Below, piece after piece: positions 37,439 to 46,566 of a DNA stretch of 64,000 nucleotides. Source of the DNA: Actinomycetota bacterium (lineage in GTDB: Bacteria > Actinomycetota > Thermoleophilia > Gaiellales > Gaiellaceae). The DNA lies in contig JBKPPY010000020.1 of the NCBI GenBank assembly GCA_046733845.1, positions 5,534-69,533 on the forward strand, read 5' to 3'. The notes beneath the pieces were generated by a model. That model did no database searches, was not told the DNA's origin, and was given only the letters and a program-made list of their open reading frames with translations. Every line of letters starts with the position of its first letter. Position 1 is the stretch's first letter. A program made the position numbers and the translations under genes.

Positions 37439-38727
37439 CCGAGTTCCGCGACCCCGCGGTCGGAGACCACCGGGAGCGCCGAGGCGGCCGCCCTGGTCTC
37501 TTCCAGCCCGTCGATCTCGCTGAGCGCATCGCTCAACTGTCCGGACGGCGCCTCGTGTGTGACGATGTGCACCGTCGCGCTGCCGTCGCCTTGATGCTGG
37601 ACTAGTCGGGCGACAGACACCCCGTGGGCGGCCAGCCGTGTGGCGATCAGCGCCAGCGCGCCGGGCCGGTCGAGCAGCTCGACACGGACGTAGAACGGGG
37701 ACGAGACATCACCGTCCGGCAGCGGCTCGAGGCTGCGCCAGCAGGCGTCGTTCTGGAGGAAGCCCGTTCCGGTCGTGCCGACGATCGTGACCATGTCCGC
37801 GACCACGGCTGAGGCTGTCTCGATGCCCCCAGCGCCGGGCCCTTCGAGCGTGATCTCGCGGATCGCGTCACCCTGGAGCATCACGGCGTTGAACGCGCCT
37901 TCGACCGCCGCGAGCGGGTGACTTCGATCGACAAGCGCGGGGCCGACGCGGACGTCCCAGCGTTCCTCGACAAGCGTCGCCGCGCCGATCAGGCGCACGA
38001 CCATGCCCATCTCGGCTGCCGCGGCCACGTCGGCCGGGGACACACGTTCAAGGCCGACATACGAGACGTCTTCGAGGGTGACTCGCGAGCCGAACGCGAC
38101 CGTCGCCAGGATCGCCATCTTCGCCGCCGCGTCCTTTCCGGACACGTCCTCGGTCGGATCTGCCTCGGCAAAGCCGAGCCGCTGCGCCTCGGCGAGTGCC
38201 TCGTCGTACGACGAACCGCGCTCCATCTCCGTGAGCACGAAGTTGGTAGTTCCGTTGACGATGCCGAGCACGCGATGGACGTTCGACACGACCAACGCCT
38301 CGCGCAGCACCTTGATCACCGGGATCGCAGCGCAGACGGATGCCTCGAAGCGAAGTTGGACGCCGCCCTCGGCCGCAGCCGCGAAGAGATCCGCGCCCTG
38401 AGCGGCAACCAGCTGCTTGTTCGCCGTCACCACCGGCTTGCCCGCGCGCAGGAGGTCGAGGACGTAGTCGGCGGTCGGCTCGAGCCCGCCCATCACCTCA
38501 GCGACGACGGCAATATCGGGATCGTCCCGGATCGAGGCGAAGTCGGTCGTCACCTCGACGTCCGCGCCCCGTTCTTTCGCCGGATCGCGGACGAGCGCGC
38601 GGACGACGCGCAGACGATGCCCCGTCGCGCGCTCGATGTCGGCCGCCTGCTGACGCAGCAGGCGGTCGACGGCAGAGCCAACCGTCCCGTAGCCGAGCAG
38701 GGCAACCGGAACGTCGACGGACGTCAC
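37429..38727 (-). CDS. hom: Homoserine dehydrogenase
   Basis: N-terminal VALLGYGTVGSAV, a central homoserine-dehydrogenase domain and a C-terminal ACT domain. Confidence 0.9.
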   Translation of the reverse strand: MTSVDVPVALLGYGTVGSAVDRLLRQQAADIERATGHRLRVVRALVRDPAKERGADVEVTTDFASIRDDPDIAVVAEVMGGLEPTADYVLDLLRAGKPVVTANKQLVAAQGADLFAAAAEGGVQLRFEASVCAAIPVIKVLREALVVSNVHRVLGIVNGTTNFVLTEMERGSSYDEALAEAQRLGFAEADPTEDVSGKDAAAKMAILATVAFGSRVTLEDVSYVGLERVSPADVAAAAEMGMVVRLIGAATLVEERWDVRVGPALVDRSHPLAAVEGAFNAVMLQGDAIREITLEGPGAGGIETASAVVADMVTIVGTTGTGFLQNDACWRSLEPLPDGDVSSPFYVRVELLDRPGALALIATRLAAHGVSVARLVQHQGDGSATVHIVTHEAPSGQLSDALSEIDGLEETRAAASALPVVSDRGVAELGWA

Positions 38728-38733
38728 ACCTCG

Positions 38734-38739
38734 ACGCTA
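38734..38739 (-). promoter_or_regulatory. -10 box TAGCGT, 6 nt before GTG 38727 of hom (leaderless-type promoter)
   Basis: Read directly on the minus strand. Confidence 0.4.
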
Positions 38740-38881
38740 CCGCAGCGCACAGACGCGCGCGGCACGGATCGAGCTGCCCTGAGTCCACACCCCCACCCAA
38801 GGGCGGGGGCAGAGCCCCTCACCCTCTGCGGCGATCGTGCCACGAATGGGCGCGCGCGTATGTGTCGACTCTGTGCCAATC

Positions 38882-38887
38882 TAGGCT
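38882..38887 (+). promoter_or_regulatory. -10 box TAGGCT, 7 nt before GTG 38895 of dinB (leaderless-type promoter)
   Basis: Read directly. Confidence 0.4.
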
Positions 38888-38894
38888 TCGTCCG

Positions 38895-39947
38895 GTGATC
38901 GTCGCCCACCTGGACCTCGATGCCTTCTTTGCCGCGGTTGAGGAGCTCGAGGATCCGAGCCTGCGCCGTCGCCCGCTCGTCGTTGGCGGCGACCCGAAGG
39001 GCCGCGGCGTCGTCGCGACCGCGAACTACGTCGCCCGGACGTTCGGGATTCGCTCGGCGATGAGCTGTGCCGAGGCATTCCGGCGCTGTCCGCAGGCGGT
39101 GTTCGTCCGGCCGCGACACTCGCTCTACTGGCAGTACTCCCAGTCCGTCTGGGGCGCGGTGCGCGAGGTCGTCGCGACCGTCGAGCAGACTGGGATCGAC
39201 GAGGGCTACCTCGATCTAGGCGAGATCGCGCCCGATTTCCTCGCCGCCCGCACGCTGGCCGAGGCGGTACAGGCGGCTGTCCGCGGCGCGACGTCGCTCA
39301 CGTGCTCCCTCGGCGTCGCCGGGTGCAAGGTGGTCGCGAAGGTCGCGTCCGACAGGCGCAAGCCGGGCGGCCTGACGGTCGTGGCGCCGGGACGGGAGGC
39401 GTCCTTTCTCGCGCCGTTCGACGTCCGCCTCCTCCCGGGGGTCGGCCCGCGGTCGGAGACCCGGCTTCGCGACGGCGGCATCACGACGATCGGCGCGCTC
39501 GCGACGCTCGACGATGCCACCCTGCGCAGACTGCTCCCCGGCAAGGTCGGCCATCTCCTCCGCGACCGCGCTTGCGGCATCGACCCTCGTGGGCTGGAGA
39601 CGCAGGTCGAGCGAATCTCGATCTCGACCGAGGAGACGTTCGAGCGGGACATCGCGGACCGCGAGCAGCTCCACGCCGAGTTGCGTCGGATGGCTGCGCG
39701 CCTCGGCGACCACCTGACCCGGACGAACCAGGCGGCCCGCACGGTCACGACCAAAGTCCGCTACCCCGACTTCTCGATCCGGAGTCGCTCGTCGACGGTC
39801 GCCGCCGGCCTTGACGACGGGGCCGCGATCGGCGACATCGCCTGCGCGCTGCTCGATCGGGCGCTCGCCGACCGGCCAGGGCCTCTGCGCCTGGTCGGGG
39901 TCGGGCTCTCGAACCTGGAGCCGTTCCGCCAGCTCGCCCTGTCGTAG
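38895..39947 (+). CDS. dinB: DNA polymerase IV (Y-family)
   Basis: From GTG 38895 the sequence reads VIVAHLDLDAFFAAVEELEDPSLRRRPLVVGG, continuing with ANYVARTFGIRSAM and GIDEGYLDL. Confidence 0.85.
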   Translation: MIVAHLDLDAFFAAVEELEDPSLRRRPLVVGGDPKGRGVVATANYVARTFGIRSAMSCAEAFRRCPQAVFVRPRHSLYWQYSQSVWGAVREVVATVEQTGIDEGYLDLGEIAPDFLAARTLAEAVQAAVRGATSLTCSLGVAGCKVVAKVASDRRKPGGLTVVAPGREASFLAPFDVRLLPGVGPRSETRLRDGGITTIGALATLDDATLRRLLPGKVGHLLRDRACGIDPRGLETQVERISISTEETFERDIADREQLHAELRRMAARLGDHLTRTNQAARTVTTKVRYPDFSIRSRSSTVAAGLDDGAAIGDIACALLDRALADRPGPLRLVGVGLSNLEPFRQLALS

Positions 39948-39952
39948 GAGGG

Positions 39953-40753
39953 CTAGCGGCGCAGCTGCGCGAGGACGTCGCCGAGCTCCGACTCGGCATC
40001 CTCAGGCGCCACGCGGCCGAGCGGCGTCGCCGCTATCTCCGCGTACACCTTCGCCATCGCCTCGAACAGCGCCGGTTCGAGCCCAGCGGTGCGCTGAGCG
40101 GCGCTGATCTCATGCATCTCGCCGACGTAACGGTCGGCCTTCGCCGCCGCCCGGGCGATGCGGCGACCCGCTGCCCCAGCCAGCTCGCCGAGGTCGTCGA
40201 GGACATGCTCGAGCACCCCGTAGTGTTCGGCCGCCCGCAGCGCCTGCGCGAGCAGCGCGACCGATCCCTTGTACACGGACGCGGTGCTCATCTTCACCGC
40301 CGATGCCAGCCCGACCTCGTCCCCCACGACGACGATCGAGACGCCATCGAACGGCAGGGTCGCAACCTCGGGTGCACGCGGACCGGACAGGTAGATCCGC
40401 GTCGTGCCTGCACTGGTCGGTGGCGGCCCAGAGATCGAGCCGTCCGCCTCGGTCGAGATGCGCCGCGCGGTTTCTGGTGAGACTGCATTGAGATCGACGA
40501 ACAGGCGAGCCCCGGAGAGGTCTGCAGCCACCGCCTCCGCCTGATCGGGCGGAACGACGGAGAGCACGACGTCGGCCGCGTCGACCACGTCCCCGACAGA
40601 GGGCAGCAACTCCAGTCCTACGGCCCGCGCCAGCCGCTCGGTTCGGTCGCTCCGTCCGGCGACGGTCGCCACGACTCGAGCGCCGCCGCGGAGCAGCGAG
40701 TCGCCGACGGCACTGCCCATCGCGCCCGGACTCACGATCCCGACGGTCGGCAC
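39953..40753 (-). CDS. NAD(P)-dependent oxidoreductase (6-phosphogluconate-dehydrogenase-like NAD-binding domain plus DUF1932-type C-terminus)
   Basis: Begins VGIVSPGAMGSAVGDSL. C-terminal region contains KMSTASVYKGSVALLAQAL. Confidence 0.6.
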   Translation of the reverse strand: MPTVGIVSPGAMGSAVGDSLLRGGARVVATVAGRSDRTERLARAVGLELLPSVGDVVDAADVVLSVVPPDQAEAVAADLSGARLFVDLNAVSPETARRISTEADGSISGPPPTSAGTTRIYLSGPRAPEVATLPFDGVSIVVVGDEVGLASAVKMSTASVYKGSVALLAQALRAAEHYGVLEHVLDDLGELAGAAGRRIARAAAKADRYVGEMHEISAAQRTAGLEPALFEAMAKVYAEIAATPLGRVAPEDAESELGDVLAQLRR

Positions 40754-40759
40754 GAAGAG

Positions 40760-40765
40760 AGTCTA
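40760..40765 (-). promoter_or_regulatory. -10 box TAGACT, 6 nt before GTG 40753 (leaderless-type promoter)
   Basis: Read directly on the minus strand. Confidence 0.4.
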
Positions 40766-40781
40766 GGAGCGGGGCGCCCGC

Positions 40782-40787
40782 TACAGT
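40782..40787 (+). promoter_or_regulatory. -10 box TACAGT, 6 nt before GTG 40794 (leaderless-type promoter)
   Basis: Read directly. Confidence 0.4.
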
Positions 40788-40793
40788 GCGACC

Positions 40794-41321
40794 GTGGTCA
40801 CGCGACCGCTCGGGTTGATCGCCGCGGTTGCGGTCGCCGCGCTCGCGCCGGTCGGCGGCGCGAGTTCAGCGACGACACTGCCGTGCGCCGACTCGCAGGT
40901 CGCCGGCAACTTCGTGGTCATCCCCGGCAGTGCCGGCGCCGGCAACATTTCCTACCGGCTGAACGTCCGCTACCTCTCCGGCCCGACCTGCTTCGTTTCC
41001 GGCCTGCCCCGCGTCCAGTTGCTGACCCGCCTGCGGCGGCCTCTGCCGACGAAGGTAAGGCCTGCGTTCCGGCAGGGCCTGCTCGCGCCGAGGGTCGTCC
41101 TTCGGTCGGGGTACGGGGCGAAGGCGGAGGCGCGCTTCTCACCCGACGTGCCCGGTGTGGGCGAGCCGGTCGCCGGGCGGAACTGCGAGCGAACCGCGTA
41201 CTTCATGCGGGTGACGCTCTCGCCCGGAGCCGCCACCTTCCTCGCGCCGATCAAGCCGGCGACGCCGGTCTGCGAGCACGGCACGATGAGCTTCTCGGCG
41301 CTAGGGCCTGCGCGCGCGTAG
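40794..41321 (+). CDS. Secreted DUF4232-like protein
   Basis: Signal peptide followed by a Cys-bracketed beta-rich pattern (LPCADSQV...GAGNISYRLNV...GPTCFVSGLP). Confidence 0.5.
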   Translation: MVTRPLGLIAAVAVAALAPVGGASSATTLPCADSQVAGNFVVIPGSAGAGNISYRLNVRYLSGPTCFVSGLPRVQLLTRLRRPLPTKVRPAFRQGLLAPRVVLRSGYGAKAEARFSPDVPGVGEPVAGRNCERTAYFMRVTLSPGAATFLAPIKPATPVCEHGTMSFSALGPARA

Positions 41322-41777
41322 AGGCTCCGCCGCAGCAAGAATCGAATCGACGATCGGCGCGTAGCCGGTGCAGCGGCAGAGGTGCCCGGCGAGCTCTGCA
41401 CGCACTTCCGCTTCTGTCGGATCGGGGTTCTGCTCGAGCAGGAACGCGGCGGTCATCAGGATGCCGGACGTGCAGAAGCCGCACTGGAGGCCGAAATGCT
41501 CGTGGAATGCCTGCTGGAGCGGGTGCAGCGCAGCGCCGTCCGCCAATGACTCGACCGTCTCCACTGTGCGGCCGTCGGCTTGCACGGCCAGCGTCAGGCA
41601 GGAGCGTGCGGGCCTGCCGTCGATCAGCACCGTGCAGGCGCCGCAGACACCGTGCTCGCAACCGACATGCGTGCCGTAGAGCGCGAGCTCGTGGCGGAGA
41701 AAGTCCGACAGCAGGAGCCGCGGCTCGACCCGCCGCTCGTGGCGCGCGCCGTTGACCGTGAGGACGGTCTGAATCAT
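41301..41777 (-). CDS. (2Fe-2S)-binding small subunit of an XDH/CoxS-family enzyme
   Basis: From ATG 41777 (ATGA overlap). Contains CEHGVCGACTV and CGFCTSG...CRCTGY. Confidence 0.9.
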   Translation of the reverse strand: MIQTVLTVNGARHERRVEPRLLLSDFLRHELALYGTHVGCEHGVCGACTVLIDGRPARSCLTLAVQADGRTVETVESLADGAALHPLQQAFHEHFGLQCGFCTSGILMTAAFLLEQNPDPTEAEVRAELAGHLCRCTGYAPIVDSILAAAEPLRARRP

Positions 41778-42493
41778 CCGCCCAGCGCCCTCTCGACCAG
41801 CGCTTTCGCCACGCCGCGCTTGTAGCCGGCGGGCGCGAAGAGATCGCCCACCGGTTCGAGCCCGTTTTCGTCCCAGAGCACCGGCGTCGGCGCGACGCCG
41901 CCGATCGCGACCCGGTCGCCGACGGCTGCGACGCAAACGACCGCAAAGTCGCCGTGGCGATGGGCGTGCTCCTCGAACGCCGTCGGCTCCGACGGAGCAG
42001 GAAAGCGCACCTCGACCAGGAGCTCGCCGGGCTCGAGGGCGGTCGTGAAGACCGAGACGAAGAACTCCTCGGCCGGAATCGTTCGCCGGCTCGTGACCAG
42101 TTCGGCCCCGAGCGCGAGCGCGCAGACCGGCAGTTCCGCGGTCGGGTCGGCGTGGACGAGCGACCCGCCGACCGTCCCGCGACACCGCGTCGCTGTGTGG
42201 CCGACGAACCCGAGCGCCTCGCGCAGCAAGGGAAACGCGTCGGGCGACTGCTCGAGATCCCACTGCCGCGTCATGGCGCCGACGACGAGCACGTTGCCTT
42301 CGATTCGGATCCCCGTCAGCTCCTCGATCGCGTCCAAGTCGACGAGCGCGGACGGCCGCGCGAGCCGGAAGTTCAGCATCGGGACGAGGCTCTGGCCGCC
42401 GGCGAGCGGCTTCGCGTCCTCGTCTTCGGCGAGGAGCGCCAGCGCCTCGTCGAGCGTCGCCGGCCGATGGTACGCGAAGGGCGCGGGCTTCAT
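41774..42493 (-). CDS. FAD-binding medium subunit of an XDH/CoxM-family enzyme
   Basis: From ATG 42493 (ATGA overlap). Contains PLAGGQSLVPMLNFRLA and VGGSLVHADP. Confidence 0.85.
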   Translation of the reverse strand: MKPAPFAYHRPATLDEALALLAEDEDAKPLAGGQSLVPMLNFRLARPSALVDLDAIEELTGIRIEGNVLVVGAMTRQWDLEQSPDAFPLLREALGFVGHTATRCRGTVGGSLVHADPTAELPVCALALGAELVTSRRTIPAEEFFVSVFTTALEPGELLVEVRFPAPSEPTAFEEHAHRHGDFAVVCVAAVGDRVAIGGVAPTPVLWDENGLEPVGDLFAPAGYKRGVAKALVERALGG

Positions 42494-44889
42494 GTCCGAG
42501 ACAGCTCCCAGAGCCGCGCGGGCGTCAGCGGCAGGTGTGACGGCTTCAGGCCGAGCGGTCTGAGCGCGTCCGCGACCGCGTTCGCAACGGCGGCCGGCGC
42601 CGTCTCGGCGCTCGACTCGCCGCAGCCCTTGGCGCCGACCGGCGTGAACGGGGACGGCGTCTCGATGTGCGCGGTGGCGATCCGCGGCGCCTCGGCGGCG
42701 GTCAGGCACCGATAGTCGGCGAAGGTTCCGGTCAGGAACTGGCCGTCATCGTCCCAGCGGAATTCCTCCAGCAGGGCACCGCCGAGACCGTGCAGGGCCG
42801 AGCCGTAGGTCTGCCCCTCGACCAGTTTCGGATTGATGATCGTCCCGGCGTCGTGGGCGGAGGCGTACTTCAGGATCGTCACGCCCCAGGTGACCGGGTC
42901 GAGCTCGACGGCAACGATCTCCGCGACGAAGCCGTAGGCGTGGGACGAGTTGACCCGGTCGTCGTCGGTCGGCGGGGCTGACGAGGGCACGTGGAAGACC
43001 TCCGAGGATTGGATCCCCGCGGACAAGCCCTCCGGCAGGCCGTAGGGGTCCCAGTGGGCGACCCCGGCGATCCGGCGCAGCGAAACCGACCGGTCGGGGC
43101 TGCCCTTCACGCGTACCTCGCCGTCCGTCAGCTCGACGTCGTCGGCGGCGGCCTCGAGGAGCGCGGCGCCGATGTCGAGGATCTGCCTCCGCACAACGCC
43201 GGCCGCCTTCCGTGCCGCACCCGCGGCGATCCCTGAGAAGCGGCTCGAGTAGCTCCCGGACGAGACCGACCAGACCGACACGTGGCTGTCGAACTCGTCG
43301 ACGGTTGCGATGTCGTCCGGCGTGAGGCCGAGCTCGTCGGCGACGACCTGGGCGACCGCGGTCTGGTGCCCCTGGCCCTGCGGCGTGGTCGCCATCGTCA
43401 CCACGACCTTGCCGCGCGGGTCGACCCGGACTTGCGCCCAATCGGCCGCGCCCGACTTCGGGTTGTACCCTGGCGCCTGCCGCACCTCCGGTGACAACGC
43501 GACGGTGATGTAGCCCATGTTCGAGATCGACGGGTCCACGGCGAGACCGATCCCGATCCCGACCAGCCGTCCGTCCGCCCGCGCTTCCTCCTGCAGCTCG
43601 CGCAGCTGGGCGTAACCGGCGGTCTCCAGCGCGAGCTCGAGGACACGCGGGTAGTCGCCGCTGTCGTACAGGCCCCCTGTCGGCGTCTCGTACGGGAACG
43701 CGTCCGGCTGGATCAAATTGCGTCGACGGATCTCGGCCGGATCGAGGCCCAGCTGCTCCGCTGCCTCGTCCAGCGTCCGCTCGGTTTCGAGGTAGACCTG
43801 CTGGCAGCCGTAGCCGCGGTTCGGACCGGTGGGCACCTTGTTCGAGACGACGTCGACCAGGTGGAGCTCGACGTCACGCACGCGGTACGGCCCGACGTAG
43901 TTGCCGAGCGGCCGGTACGTCGTCGCCGGCTCGGGAGCGCGGACGTACGCGCCGAGGTTGTCGACCACGTGCGCGCGGAGGCCGATGATCTCGCCCTCCT
44001 TGGTCAACGCGAGCTGGCGCGTCCCGACGCGATCCGGCTGATGGCTGGACGCGATCAGGTGCTCGGCCCGGTCCTCGATCCATTTCACCGGCCGGCCGGT
44101 CCGCATGGCCAGCAGCCCGACGACGGTCATGTAGGGGAAGAGCGACGACTTGATCCCGAAGCTGCCGCCGATGTCGCGGGGGACGATCACCCGCAGCTTC
44201 GCCTCCGGCATCCGCAGCGAGCGGGCAAGCACCGGGAGCAGCGTCATCGGCCCCATGAAGTTCGCCCACATCGTCAGCAGACCGGAGGCCGGCTCGTAGT
44301 CGGCGACGACGCCGTAGGTCTCGATCGGCGTCGAGCTGTACCGCTCCCACCGTAGGGTCTCGGTGACCACGAGGTCGGCACGGGCGAAGGCGGCGTCCGG
44401 GTCGCCGTAGCGGAGGACCCGGTCGACGACGACGTTCGAGCCGACTTGCTCGTGCAGGACCGGCTTCGCGGGATCGAGCGCGTCTTCGACGGTCACGACC
44501 GCGCCAAGCGGGTCGTAGTCGGCGACCACGAGCTCGGCCGCGTCCTCGGCGAGGTACCGCGACTCGGCTGCGACCGCCGCAACCGGCTCGCCGGCGTAGC
44601 GGGAACGGTCGACCGCAAGGGAGTAGTAGGCGAGCCGGTGCGTGATTCCGGCCGCGAACGGCTCGGTCAGGTCCGGAAGCTCGGCGCCGGAAATCGCCGC
44701 GGCAACGCCGGGCGCCGCGAGCGCGGCGGACAGGTCGACGGAGCGGATCTCCGCATGCGCCCAGGGGGAGCGGGTGAAGGCGACGTGGAGCGGATTCGCG
44801 ACCTGGACGTCGTCGACAAACTGGCCGCGGCCGGTCAGGAGCGGCAGGTCCTCGCGGCGCGGCAGCGGCTGTCCGATCCAGCGGGTCAT
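42490..44889 (-). CDS. Molybdopterin-binding large subunit of an XDH/CoxL-family enzyme
   Basis: ATG 44889 is preceded by GGAAGGGG. Begins RREDLPLLTGRGQFVDDV and ends near GAKGCGESS. The loop PNRGYGCQQ replaces the CODH signatures. Confidence 0.9.
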   Translation of the reverse strand: MTRWIGQPLPRREDLPLLTGRGQFVDDVQVANPLHVAFTRSPWAHAEIRSVDLSAALAAPGVAAAISGAELPDLTEPFAAGITHRLAYYSLAVDRSRYAGEPVAAVAAESRYLAEDAAELVVADYDPLGAVVTVEDALDPAKPVLHEQVGSNVVVDRVLRYGDPDAAFARADLVVTETLRWERYSSTPIETYGVVADYEPASGLLTMWANFMGPMTLLPVLARSLRMPEAKLRVIVPRDIGGSFGIKSSLFPYMTVVGLLAMRTGRPVKWIEDRAEHLIASSHQPDRVGTRQLALTKEGEIIGLRAHVVDNLGAYVRAPEPATTYRPLGNYVGPYRVRDVELHLVDVVSNKVPTGPNRGYGCQQVYLETERTLDEAAEQLGLDPAEIRRRNLIQPDAFPYETPTGGLYDSGDYPRVLELALETAGYAQLRELQEEARADGRLVGIGIGLAVDPSISNMGYITVALSPEVRQAPGYNPKSGAADWAQVRVDPRGKVVVTMATTPQGQGHQTAVAQVVADELGLTPDDIATVDEFDSHVSVWSVSSGSYSSRFSGIAAGAARKAAGVVRRQILDIGAALLEAAADDVELTDGEVRVKGSPDRSVSLRRIAGVAHWDPYGLPEGLSAGIQSSEVFHVPSSAPPTDDDRVNSSHAYGFVAEIVAVELDPVTWGVTILKYASAHDAGTIINPKLVEGQTYGSALHGLGGALLEEFRWDDDGQFLTGTFADYRCLTAAEAPRIATAHIETPSPFTPVGAKGCGESSAETAPAAVANAVADALRPLGLKPSHLPLTPARLWELSRT

Positions 44890-44963
44890 CCGGTGCCCCT
44901 TCCAGCGAGGCCGCCGAGCTTCTGGGTCTCTAGCACCACGCGATGCACGGACGCAGGGAGCGG

Positions 44964-44983
44964 CCATATCGATTGGGATATGG
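44964..44983. promoter_or_regulatory. Inverted repeat CCATATC-N6-GATATGG upstream of the XDH-family operon
   Basis: AT-rich 7-bp arms, 75-94 nt upstream of ATG 44889, in the 180-bp gap after hyuB. Confidence 0.3.
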
Positions 44984-45069
44984 GCGGCGCGACTGACGAC
45001 GCGGCAGCGCGCTGCGTGATAGCGGGCCAGAAGCCGGCATGCATCGCTGGGAGGGGCACTTGACGATTT

Positions 45070-46566
45070 TCACACGCCCCAGCCGCCGCCTCCGGGAGTC
45101 TCGACCGTGACCACGTCTCCAGCGGCGAGCTCGCGGCTCGCCTTCGGCGCAAGCTCTTCGTCGTTCAGGAGGTTCCTTCCGGGCCGGCCGGGTTCGCCGC
45201 CGTCAAGGCCGAGGGGCGCATGGCGGCGGCGGTCGGTGAGCAGCGATAGGGTCGCCGGCTCCAGCACCCGAAGCGATCGGACGAGGCCGTCCCCGCCACA
45301 ATGCCGGCCTCTGCCACCCGAGCCTTCGAGCAGCTCGTAGCGCTCGACTCGGAGCGGCAACTCGAGCTCGAGCGCCTCGATCGGAGTGTTCAGCGTGTTC
45401 GACATCCCGACATGGACGCCGGAGGGGCCGTTTCCCCGGCTGGACGCGCCCTGGCCGCCGCCGAGCGTCTCGTAGTACGTCCACGCGGCGGTGCCGATCA
45501 CAACGTTGTTCATCGTCCCCTGACCCTGCGCTGGCACGTCGGCGGCCCGCGCGAGCGCGAGCAGAACGGTGTCGGCGATCCGCTGGCTGGTCTCGACGTT
45601 GCCGGCGACGACCGCCGACGGCGCGCGAGCGTCGACGAGGCAACCCTCCGGCGCGCGGATCGAGACGGTCGCGTAGAGGCCGGCGTTGACCGGGACGTCG
45701 GCGCCCAGCGCGACCTTCACAGCGAAGGTGCAGGCGGCACGGGTGACCGCGAGCGGCGCATTGACGTTGCCGGCGGCCGCCGGCGCGGTGCCGTCGAAGT
45801 CGATCTCGATTGCGTCGCCGGCAACCGTCACCGCGACCCGGATCGGCAGGTCCTCGTCCGTGACCCCGTCTCCCTCGACCTCCCCGTCTGCCTCGTACCG
45901 GCCGTCCGGCAGGCGCCGGATCGCCTCCCGGGCCCGCCGCTCGGCGTAGGCGATCACCTCGTCGAATGCGGCGAGCACCGTGTCCAGGCCGCGGCGCGCG
46001 ACAAGCTGGCGCAACCGCTCGCCGCCGAGCCGGTTGGCGGCCGCCTGTGCCTGCAGGTCGGCGCGGCGGATCTCCGGGGTCCGGACGTTACTGAGAATCA
46101 CTATCACTATCGATTCGTCGAGCCGGACCGGCGGGATGATCAGACCCTCCTGCCAGATCGAGGTCGATCCGGCCGGCATCGAGCCGGGAACGATTCCGCC
46201 CACGTCCGAGTGGTGCGCCCGGGTGCAGGCGTACGCGACGATCTCGCCGTCCACGTCCAGCGGCGAGACGAGCGTGATGTCCGGCAGGTGCGAGCCGCCG
46301 GCGAACGGATCGTTGAGCACGAACACGTCGCCGGGGCGGGGCTCGCACTCGATCACCGCGGCGACCGACTCGGGCATCGCGCCGAGATGTACGGGAATGT
46401 GCTCCGCCTGGGCGACCATGCGCCCGTACGCATCGAAGAGCGCCGCCGAGCAGTCGCGCCGCTCCTTGATGTTCGAGGACGACGCGCTCCGGACGAGCGC
46501 GGTGCCCATCTCCTCGGCGATCCCGGAGAGGGCGGCGCTCATCACCGAGAGGGTCACTGCGTCCAC
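45070..46566 (-). CDS. hyuB: Hydantoinase B / oxoprolinase family protein
   Basis: Hydantoinase_B-type sequence over the full 498 aa (DCSAALFD, HLGAM, NDPFAGGSHLPD). Confidence 0.9.
   Translation of the reverse strand: MDAVTLSVMSAALSGIAEEMGTALVRSASSSNIKERRDCSAALFDAYGRMVAQAEHIPVHLGAMPESVAAVIECEPRPGDVFVLNDPFAGGSHLPDITLVSPLDVDGEIVAYACTRAHHSDVGGIVPGSMPAGSTSIWQEGLIIPPVRLDESIVIVILSNVRTPEIRRADLQAQAAANRLGGERLRQLVARRGLDTVLAAFDEVIAYAERRAREAIRRLPDGRYEADGEVEGDGVTDEDLPIRVAVTVAGDAIEIDFDGTAPAAAGNVNAPLAVTRAACTFAVKVALGADVPVNAGLYATVSIRAPEGCLVDARAPSAVVAGNVETSQRIADTVLLALARAADVPAQGQGTMNNVVIGTAAWTYYETLGGGQGASSRGNGPSGVHVGMSNTLNTPIEALELELPLRVERYELLEGSGGRGRHCGGDGLVRSLRVLEPATLSLLTDRRRHAPLGLDGGEPGRPGRNLLNDEELAPKASRELAAGDVVTVETPGGGGWGV

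Noticed and set aside
38728-38894. SOS (LexA) box or RecA-independent (PafBC-type) promoter motif upstream of dinB.
   Set aside because: No TCGAAC-N4-GTTCGA-like palindrome was found. A TGTCGA lies upstream of the TAGGCT -10 box, but its spacing is about 3 nt longer than the tTGTCRgtg-N8-TAnnnT arrangement I remember. I do not call it.
42490-44889. Calling the CoxSML-like cluster an aerobic carbon monoxide dehydrogenase.
   Set aside because: The active-site loop lacks both CODH signatures. Only the family-level call (XDH/CoxL-type molybdenum hydroxylase) is supported.
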